From: Lepidodermella squamata
Taxonomy: Eukaryota > Animalia > Gastrotricha
Direction of reading: 5' to 3'
Length of the DNA: 64,000 bases
Assembly (NCBI GenBank): GCA_047495785.1
Contig: JBLDXI010000064.1
Coordinates: forward strand, 558,001-622,000
Shown here: in pieces, positions 54,060-64,000 of the stretch
Layout of the letters: every line of letters starts with the position of its first letter
Position numbering within the stretch: the stretch's first letter is position 1
The notes under the pieces: model-generated
Told to the model about the DNA's origin: nothing
The model's database searches: none
Seen by the model: the letters and a program-made list of their open reading frames with translations, nothing else
Translations under genes and position numbers: made by a program

Positions 54060-55790
54060 GGAAGAAACACCGGTGACTTCAGAGGCGGCGACGGGGAGAG
54101 ACGAACGCTTTCGAAATCCTCACGCAGAGGCGAAACCATGGCAGAACGGTATAGTCAGCATAGCGGCTTCGTGCGATGACCAGGAAAGCGGAGATGCTAG
54201 GCACGCGGCACCGCTGCTCAAGGGCAGAGTTGCGGACGCGATCGTCCAGTCGAACGCGGAGAAGGCAATTGTTCTGAAGTACGTCCAGACGGCGAAGCTG
54301 CGGAGGAGAAGGCAACAGCCCTGAAAGTCGCAATGGAGCTTACAAGTGAAAGGTAGGTAGCGCGGCGCCATCTCAAAGACAGGCCCGGACGATGCACGAC
54401 CGTGTGAAACCAGGACAGATTACGCCCGCACCGTTGAAGGACGTGGTCTTTGTGAGGCTTCAAAGTGAGCTTTTCATCGAAAATGAGCCCGAGTATGCGC
54501 AACGCTGTCACCTGTGGAACGGCGGCGCCGCGTAGTTCGACTCGAAGGACTGGGGGCTGGCGAGAGAAAGCGATGACTGCGCTTTTAGAGGCATTTTAGA
54601 GGCGCCAAAGGCATGCCCAGGCGGCAATTCGATCGACGTCGGTCTGGGCGAGCGTCTGAGCTTCGACATAGGTAGCACCCGTGCTGGCAAGGGTGAGGTC
54701 GTCGGCATAAGCGTCCAGGGATGTAGATGATGTAGGATGTAGAGGAGCGGAGAAAGCGGGGACCCTTGCGGAACACCGCACTGTAACACGGCCTGCTTGC
54801 CTGAGGAAACCGGCCACACGAGCTTGGAGCTTCCGATCGCGTAAGTAATCCGCGAGCCACCCAATGAGATAGCGCGGCAGAGGCAGTTGGCCAAGCTAAT
54901 CGACCAAGCCAGCGTGCCAAACTGAATCGTACGCGGCCTTCACATCGAGACCAACAACTATCATCTTCCACTTGGTCGCGCGGGCCTGATGCACGCGGTG
55001 GGCAACACAAACTGAAATGCGAGCCGCCGGGCGATGCTCACGAGAAGCATATTGATTGTCCGGGAGGAGATGGTGGGCCTCCAACATCTGGTTCATCAAA
55101 CGCGTGATTATCGCAACGAGAATTTTGGCATCCGACGGCAATAGCGATATGGGACGCTGCGACGACACGGCTTGCCCGACTTGGGCACAGCCACGGCAAC
55201 TGTCTCCTTCCAATCCGGCAGGGAGTATTGGCTGCCGCGGCACATGTTGTAGAGCAGACGAAGGTGAGTCTGTAGAGGCACACCAGCCCACTTAAAAAAG
55301 ACGTTGCCGACACCATCGAGTCCACGAGTTGAAAGGCTTCAGGTTATGAATTGCTCGCGCTAGCATGCGCTGGCTGACACTGCGGACCAGGTAGGTGAAT
55401 TACGGCATCAGGCTGGAGGCCAGGGTCTGTGGACATAAGATGTTCAAGCTCGAGCCAACGCTGACGGGCAAGAGCGTCGGCAGCTGGGTCACAGTGGTGG
55501 TACATCGGAGCCACAAAGTGAGTGAGCAACTCGTCGGCGAGAGCGGTCGAGGGGCGGAGAATAGAGCCGTCGGGTAGGGTCATCGGACCGGTCGAGCGAG
55601 GCGGCTGGTGCCGGTCGAGCTTTCGCAGACGTACCCAAGCTTCACGATAGCGCAGCTGTGCAGAGATGGCCTCAACTTGCCGCAGGTTGGCGACATCGCG
55701 GTTGTACTCGAGCTGTTGCATCGAGCCGCTTGATTTCGGCTGCGACAGCGGGATCAACGTGATTGCCAATGGCCCGCTTAATAAGAGCAC
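54060..55790 (-). mobile_element. Degenerate LINE (probably I/Jockey-group) RT pseudogene
   Basis: Frameshifted fragments RPISLLPSDAKIL, GLDVKAAYDSVWH, GVPQGSPLSPLLY, AYADDL, LRILGLIFDEKLT. Confidence 0.88.
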
Positions 55791-57066
55791 GCATCTCAGG
55801 AGTCATCATATTTTCTTCAGCTCGCTACGCTCACAAAGAGGAACGTGAAGAAGTAGATACATACATACATTGCTCTCTTTGTGATATAGTTTTGGCAGAT
55901 ATTCGTATTCGCGGTATAAAATGAAATTGTCCGCAGGGCTTTTCAATTTTCTCCTTCCGTGTTCTTCCGGTTTCCCGATAGAGTGTGTGTTGGCCATGAT
56001 GCCTCAAAGCTTGTAGCCACGCCTTCTTAGAGAGATATCCTGGGTTCGATCCCCCGATTTTTGATCAACCAGACTGGGCACGTCACTTTATAATAAGAGA
56101 TATGGATGCAATTGCACGTTCAAGTTATAGCGATTGTTATAGCGAGGTACTTATCGAGGTACTTAACCGTCACTATCATGCGTTCAAACCGAATTCTGAT
56201 AGAATACATGTCACCTAGGCGTCTCGGGTAACTTGGGCGCCGTCGCGGTGAGAGTGCTAGAGTCAAGGGTGTTGTTACTCGCGAGGCGATTAATCGAGTG
56301 CGGCCTTTATACGACTAAATACGGTATTTTGTTCCGTGAACGAGAGACATTATTCCGATAGAAAGATATTAGCTCCGTTTAATTCGAATCATGTTGCGCA
56401 GCTCGGCTGGCAAAAGGTCTTTTAGCAGTGCGCGATCGGTTCGTTGCATCGGATGACCTTCCGTCCCAAACAACGCCATTTAAAAACTGCGCTCGCATCG
56501 GTTTATTGTCAGCATGAAATTTTGTTTGGAATTGGTGCAATTTTTTGAGCTACAAATAGATTGCTTGTTAACAATGATTTTTGATGGCAACCTAGCTCGA
56601 AATTAAAAAATCTCAAGTGAAATTTATACTGATTGAGCAAGCGAAGCAAGGCAATTTTTCGACTTTGACACTAAAAAACGACTTAAAACTTCTCGAAAAT
56701 GAGATATTGCCTCGGCCACAGAAATTCATGTTAGAGTTTTCGTTCTCAATTATTAAATTCAATTAATCTTGATCGCATAATGTCATCTCACTTTGTTTTG
56801 TTTTATAACGAAACGGACTGACACATCTAACAGCTCTCTTCACACTTTGTTGATACTTGGACCTAATTTTCAAGTCGAGCTCTCAACAATGGGAACGATG
56901 CTCATCAAATAAATAAATAAATAAATGAATAAAATTTGGTCAGGTAAAATCTGCAACGAGCTTAAATAACACAGGTGACACAGGTCAGTTTAAAATATTA
57001 ATTCTATCATTAATATCTATCTTCTGATCGTCTTTTGATCACACAAAATTCAGAAACAGACAACTC

Positions 57067-57297
57067 GCGAGCGAAGCTAGCTTTAGCTGACGGTTTTTTT
57101 CGATTTTGACTGTGAAAATGGTCCAAAAATGCCTTCTTAGTGTGGTTCTATTTTAACCACTCTCGAACCCACCACTCTCGAAAAGTTGAAAATTAAAAAG
57201 AAAATGTATGTCATATTTTGGCCAATTAAAATATGGCCTCAAAATTTCAAACCCGTGCATTAATTAACCTTTGCGAGCGAAGCTAGCTTTAGCTGAC
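57067..57297 (+). repeat. 25-bp direct repeat pair
   Basis: GCGAGCGAAGCTAGCTTTAGCTGAC at 57067 and 57273. Confidence 0.7.
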
Positions 57298-57829
57298 AAT
57301 ATTTTTCCATTATTCTTTCTGAAAATGAGTTTAAAATGCGGTATTTTTTCTGAAAACTGCGGTTTTCCCGCCTCCGTTGCCTAGGGCCTAGGATATGTCT
57401 TGCTAGCTTGTACAGGGAAGCAGGTCTGTCATCCCAACCACTGTCTTAACCAGCCTAGGATGGTTGACTCTCATTGATGAGGATGATCCCTCAGAGATGA
57501 TCCCCTGAGATGATCACACCCTATAATTCGCGCACTGAGCTTGGGCTATTAAATTGAACAAACGGGCTATGCATAGCTTAGTTGTATTTGGCCAATATTA
57601 ATTGATCAAAATACAATAACAATAACAGTTGAGTTATTTCTAAACAATTTAAGTTAAACAGTTTGTATTATAATAATATAACGCATAATAATAATGCATG
57701 ATATAACACATTACTAATATGCGATGTATTGCGCCCATTACCTCCGTAGTTAAGTCGGGGCAGTTGATCATACGTTCCTTACTAAATCTCTACTATATTT
57801 CGATCAATTTGTGAAGCCTATGACGCCTT

Positions 57830-58044
57830 TCACCGACCCCGCAACGGTGGGCTGACATTGCACAGTTCGTTGCCTCTGATTCCGGGCGAGTTCTCCGTCA
57901 GTCAGCGCATTGTTGCCGATGCTGTATCTCGCCTCCAGCCGGTCAAAGCACCTGGGTTGGATGGCATCAGTCCCCAAGTGGGGAGGTCCGGTGCTGCAAC
58001 GCCACCTTCGGCTCATGTTCAACCCAAGCCTGGGATCGCGTTTC
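57830..58044 (+). mobile_element. Short LINE fragment at the duplication breakpoint
   Basis: Encodes SVSQRIVADAVSRLQPVKAPGLDGI, a pre-RT KAPG.DG motif similar to the corresponding part of the 54060-55790 element. Confidence 0.7.
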
Positions 58045-59761
58045 GCCTAGGTCGGCCTCCACGAGATTCCACAGCTAACATGTAGACACCTGTTAGCAGA
58101 AACATAGAACCTCTAACAGCGAAATTCGAAAAACTTACAGTCGCCGGCGCCCGATACCACGGTCGCCACTGTGTACGGAAACGTCGGCAGTCCGTTCATG
58201 GGCAAGTCGCCTGCGACGCGGCGAAATTTGGGCGTCAGGCCGATGTAAACCGATTTACCAGGTGCGATCATCTTCATCATGGCAATTTGAGCAGGCGTCT
58301 TCGGCTGCACCAGGCGCGCACCTTTACCTAGGCATTGATTTGCTATGCTTTCTACTGACGACGTTGTCGTGAGATCCCCCAACAAAAAGATCGGAGCTAC
58401 ACGTGAAATCGCAATGAATTTCAGTAAAAAGGCTAGCCTGATACTGAACCTGTTTGACAAAGATCGCCGGTGAAGTCTGGGAGGCACTTGCATTGCGTTG
58501 CTGATGATCCGCATGTACCGCCATTCTGGCACGATAAGCCGCATGTTGCTACATATCGGAGAAGATTTTAATGAAACTAAACTTCGTTAAATTTCGGTAG
58601 TTTCCCTGAACCGACCAAAACTAAATCCCATTAAGACGTGATTCGCGGGGTCGTTTTTCTAAAATTTTCTGACAATGAGATGTGACTTCGGCTCTCATCA
58701 GTTTGAAACCGACCCCAACTACGGGATCAATTTGCTGGTCTGCAGCGCTGTTTCTCAATGTCATTCTCATAGTCAACGCTCGGTGTACCATTTAGTTTTA
58801 GTCTAAAAACAGAAAGCCCTCTGTGGTTCACTACTGTGGTAATTCCGTGTTGGAAGGTGAATGGAAGGTAAAATCTTGAAAACTAACTGCAATCAGCTCC
58901 CGACCAAGCCCCAACGCAGGAACAAGTTCCATCCGCCTTGCAAACGCCGTCATTTGCACACGGTGGTGAACAGGCTTTGCCGTCAACTGGGAATCAACAA
59001 ATTGCACTTCGGAAGCAAAGGCCAATCGAAGGTCTTACCGACGCTGCAAGTCGGCCCGCTGAATCCGGTTGGGCAAGTGCAAGTATTCGTACCCGTGCAC
59101 CAGCCGCCGTTGTTACAAGAGTTCGAACAGGCGGCTGTAATATAGGAACATGGAAGTTATGGACGCATTGGATCTAACTAACACCGGCTGCAATTTGACC
59201 CTGCCCACCCTGCCATGCAGTCGCATTTGTTAGGGCCGACGCACACGCCTCCGTTCCAGCACCACGGCTCATGGCAGTAGACTAATCACATAAAAATCAG
59301 CATTTGATGTTCTATTGTAAGGCCAACTCACATTGTTCGCAGTTCGGTCCTCGCCAACCACTCGCGCACTTGCAATGGTTCGGACCATCACACGTGGCCC
59401 CGTTTTTGCAATTCGAACAAGAATCTAGGAACGAGTTTTTAGCGATCAATTCACGGGATAACAGGTTAGAACAAACACGTTGTACACATCTCGCCCGTGT
59501 AACCTGGTTGACATTTGCAAGCTGAAGACGAAGTGTCGAAGGTGCCCCCGTTACCACAGGACTAAACATGTCCCAAAAGCAAGTATTAGTTAGAGTTAGA
59601 TGACTGCAATGAAGACAACTTACGATGGAAATTTTCTGTTGTGACGGGGCGCATCCGAGGCAACAGCTGATGCAGAATAAACCTGAAATGGTTGTAGAGA
59701 TTAAAAAATGAGAATAAATGACAAGAATATCAGAACCTGTTAGCAGAATCTGCAGGATCAT
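58045..59761 (-). pseudogene. 3'-truncated third copy of the EGF/CTL gene
   Basis: Duplicate of 26985-28701, cut within the first complete CTL domain. Confidence 0.8.
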
Positions 59762-62564
59762 TTAACGGTAAAATTGCGTATGTAAAACTCTAGATAAGGT
59801 AAACATTTAAAATCAAAGCTCGAAATTAGCAGGAGTAGAATTCAGTCATAGAATGGGCAGATGTGCCACCTCCTCATGTCCCTCATTTTCGTCCTTATCC
59901 TACTTGTCCCCCCTTGTCCCTGTTTGAGCGCGTCAAAACATCCGAAAAATGAATCACAGCCCAGGACTTGAAACAAAATGATGCATGATGGGTAGAAACA
60001 ATCGCTAACAATCGGTCACTCCCGTTCAAAATGTCGCTAACTAGGAGCCCGCAACTTTCTATTCAACGATAGATTGTAAGAAGCCATGGTTTTATTTCAA
60101 AAATAAAAGATCAAATAAAACAATTGCAAAATAAAATAAAATAAATATATTGCGCGATTTAGGTGCATCGTCGAAGCTTGAAAACCACGTATCGGTGACT
60201 GCTGGCATACAGTTATAAGCAAAGAGGTCTGAATCCGTTCTCCGCGTTCAGTGATGGCATGATGAACCCTTTCTAAACTGACAGCTAGATATATATATAT
60301 ATATATATAATTTGATAAGCTAAGGATCATGCTCAGCTTACAAACATTGAAGTCATCCAAGTCTGGTGGAGTTTCAGGAAATCATTTGTGGCATTTGAAA
60401 GGTAAAGGGTGAATGAAGGTAGCCGAAATGATAGCTTCACCTACCAATATCAGAGGAGGAGCGATTGTCTAATGAACGCGACACGTTTTTGCCGAACTCA
60501 AGACATCAGTTCACACGCGCACAGGTGGCGGCAAAGCCATTGAGATGACACCTGGGCCTGGGCCGCCTGGGCTACTCAGGTGTTATCAATCAGCTAATAA
60601 ACTTGGGTGATAAACTTTATTGCCATGGCTATGCTCGTTTTCACACTTAGAACTCACTTTCACTTCACTTTTATCCGCTTGGCCGAGATATTTTATACCT
60701 ATTCGAAACAGACGATTGCGGCATTTGTATGTGCTTTAGGGCTGTTATCGGAGATCCCCTGCGGTTCGTTTTCTATAAGACGTTCTATAAGACTAATATA
60801 GGTAACTAGCTGTTTCAGCTGCACCCGTACTGGTGCCTCGTTATCTTACTCAGTGGCTTTGAGTACTAGCTGAGTATAAATCAGGTATGTCGCTTCTTTG
60901 CAATTTCAAAAGAAGACTTTTTCATTTCCTTTGCCACAGGTGTAAGGTGGCTATGACTGCAACTGAGCTTGGTTGGTACAAAGCAGCGCCTTTCGATCTT
61001 CTCTTGCCGCTAGCTGCCCCATCTCCAGCAGAATCCAAGTTGTTCTGCTGCTGAGGCGGGGCCGATCGATTGGACATCGCAGCCTGCGTTCACATTTTTC
61101 AACTTTAATCAACGGCTACGTCGTTCTTTGTAGTTGTGCTTTGTACTCCATTGAGATGAACCACGACCCTTTGCGCCACGACGAACGACGAACGACGACG
61201 AGATGGTCGTTCCTCGTTCAAAGCAACGCCTGAAATAATGTGAGATCTACAGACGATTAAAGCGGAGCTTTATTGGCGGTTTCCAACATATCAATCGTTG
61301 CACAAACATCAGATGAGACTCCTGGCAGAAACGGCAGTCTCTTCATATTGCGGTGCGGCTTGCCTATTTGAATAGAAACAGAGGTCGCTAAGAAAAAAAT
61401 CGATCATATTCATTGATTCGAGATGAGCGATAGAGCACACTTGAAACTGTTACAGACTGGATACAGACTGGCAAAGACCACTGTTTCGGTCACCTCATCC
61501 GCCCATTGTAATTCCCATTAATTTCAAACATCGACAAAGTCCAAAGCCATTTGTTCCCCGTTTCAGCAGAATTGTTTATTCTCTGTTCATGAGGTTTCAA
61601 TTACATATAATTATTCCGGTTGCTCGCACGACCTGTTCAAAATGACTGAAAAACGCTATAACACAAAATCATTTTGGGTCTCCTACAAAGTAGAGAAAAT
61701 TCAGTAAAAGGCTTCAAAGCAGCAAAATAAAAATGGCTTCAGAGTGAAATAATATCATTAATTCGAAAAACATGCTTTGAAGCGTTGAACTCTGTAGAGT
61801 ACCCGACATTTTCGGCAAAAATGGGATTTTTCTTAAATTTCGAGCTCAGATCTGTCGTAACTTCACAAATGTGTGTTTAATCAGAGATCAGCGTGTCCTC
61901 AGTTAGAAACTCAGTTTAGTCAAATGAGCCAGCTTCTGAGATATCATTTGACATCAAATTTGACATCATTTTGGGTCCAGGGAATTTAGCTTTAGCAGTG
62001 AGAATTTAGCACTTGTTTCTGCAGACGAATCCCGCACGCCACCAGAAAACTAGCCGTGATTCGTTGGCTCCGTTCTCTCTGCTCGAGAATTCAGTCAGAT
62101 GGTAATAATTAAATATATTAGCGATATACTGTCCGACTGTCGGAGTGCTGTGGAGACCCGCGCTCATTCGGAATTCGGTTGTCTCGGCCCATCAATTCGA
62201 CGACTTTTCGAATTTTTTTCATCGATACTGCTACCTAGCGCAATGACACTATGCTGCTTGTCCGATCTTAGCGATGGCCCTAACTGTCGGTTTAAAACAG
62301 CGACGCACATGCATTCAAAATTTATGACAAAACATTCGTCGTAAGATCGTTGTCTTCGTCTTCGAAGCCATCATTAACTATTCATAGCATCATATGACAT
62401 CGCATCTCAGTGCTGCTATTATCGGATGAATAAATCTCTGGCTCACAATGAAGATCTTCGAAAGAGTCCTTCAGATTTCTGCCTTGATAGATTAATAATG
62501 CATAGGAAATTTCGTTATAAATTGTCACTATGGCCTTAAAAATTGTCCAGTCTCGAGCTTGAAC

Positions 62565-64000
62565 ATGATTTTCATCGCTTTGCTAGCTTTTTACAGTCTC
62601 GCCTCGGCGGAAATGGTATTCCGAGGGCGATGCACGCGCCTCATGCAGACCTCGGAGTCGTTCATCACCCTCGACCTGGGCGATCTCGTGCTGAATCGCT
62701 ACATCATTTTCCCAATCGTGACGGCCGAGTCTCCGGAGAACTGCGGCACTCGGTGCCTATCCTCCGGCAATCCGCCCTGCCGAAGTGCCTTCTACGAGCC
62801 GTACAACAGAACCTGCGTCCTGCTGAGAGCCTCTCAAACGCAAGCGCTGGAATTCGACCGTCCCGAAGTGGCGAAACGGCCAAACCGCGGGGTTCTCATC
62901 TCAGCGGCTAGCATAACCGACAGTGGCGTGACAGACCGTCTGAATGGCGTCGAAGGCTGCAAGGAATTTTGCCCATTGCCTGGTCAGACTACCGATGAAA
63001 GCGTGGCGCCGGTTTGCGTCAAGGATTGCGATGAATCAAAGTCGTATTGCGCGGGTAAAAAGACAGAGAAATGTCTCATTTTCAACTTTTTCTAATAATG
63101 TTTCGACAGGTGAGGAATCCGGCTGCGTCGAATACCCACGGCAGTCTGTATACTTGCAGTACAGCGGGATCAAGTCTGCCAGCTCAATCGCGGTAAGAGC
63201 CGTGCATCTTTAAACACTTCATACTCACTTTTTCCAATTTGAAAATAAAGTCTGGAACTTTTGTGAAACTGTACGATTTCACGCACATTCGAGTCACGCT
63301 GAATTTTCCTTGGTAAGAAACCATACAGATTTCCAACTCGAGTTCGACTCTTATGTTGTGTGTGTTTTTAGGTATTCGGGCAGCCAAGGCACTACAGGGC
63401 GAGAAGTTGCTTACATCGACGTAACCCTCGCTGGGTTGAAATGCCAAGGCGAAAGAGGGTTTGTTTTGCGATTTCCAATTCATCACTCTACGCAAAAGTT
63501 TGCTGATTCAAATTGCAGATTTGCGCATCACATCGGCAAAGACATGAAAAACATTGGAACGGATTTAACATCGAACCCGGGTCAAACTATCGCAGGTTTT
63601 CAGCCTGATTCAATTTACACGAATTTTCACAAATGATTGTTTCTTTGAAGGGGAAATGTTGTGTACGAATACTGAAATTGCGAGTGGTAGCCGAAGTTTT
63701 TCGGTAAACTTGCGCCGCGAGCAGACTCAACAGATGTCGGTACTGCTGGGGGCAACGTTCAGCAGCTACTCATCACCGGCGTTCATCTACTTCGAAGAGT
63801 TCATCCCATCGGCTTACTTCTTCAAAACAGGTTAGTGCTGCGTTGTTGATTTTCAGTGAAATACATTGGCTGACGTTGGCTGAAATTTCAGATGACACGG
63901 CGAAATGCCAGTCGGCCACTGTTTACAACACGAATTCAGCCCAATTCCAAGAATCCTTCCCTTACCAGAAAGGAGAGGTCCTTACTCCTTATGTAAGTCA
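62565..64000 (+). CDS. Duplicate of PAN + CTHRC1-C-like paralogue 1 (5' part; continues beyond window)
   Basis: Identical to 31505-32940. Confidence 0.8.

Larger units (their letters stand above)
58045..64000 (+). repeat. Apparently identical duplicate of 26985-32940 (offset 31,060 bp), running off the window end
   Basis: All ORF-track translations recur unchanged at +31060; no differences noticed by eye. Confidence 0.95.

Noticed and set aside
55995-56060. GGGTTCGATCCCCCG B-box, possible tRNA
   Set aside because: No acceptor, D or anticodon stems can be formed; at most a decayed tRNA/SINE head.

Overview
Eukaryotic (metazoan invertebrate-like) genomic DNA with GC-richer exons and many short (~50-60 nt) GT-AG introns. 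In order, the window holds: an SLC16/MCT-type MFS transporter; a small secreted Cys-loop peptide gene; a classical calpain; three tRNAs (Thr-AGT, Pro-TGG, Pro-CGG); and a ~10 kb tandemly duplicated module made of a LamG-like surface protein gene plus a convergent secreted EGF/C-type-lectin mosaic gene, heavily hit by MITEs and a LINE. It continues with two tandem paralogues encoding an unusual secreted PAN/Apple + 3x CTHRC1-C-terminal-like protein without collagen, a small 8-Cys secreted protein, a 5'-truncated LINE, an apparently intact intron-containing hAT transposon (14-bp TIRs, 8-bp TSD), two more Cys-loop peptide precursors, a ~15-repeat ankyrin protein and LINE relics. From 58045 to the window end the sequence appears to be an identical copy of 26985-32940. 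The strongest novelty candidates are the three-member single-disulfide secreted peptide family, the collagen-less triple-CTHRC1-domain proteins with extensive intron turnover, and an ORF1-RT fusion LINE lacking an endonuclease. Gene models were spliced by eye and domain calls rest on remembered motifs, not searches.
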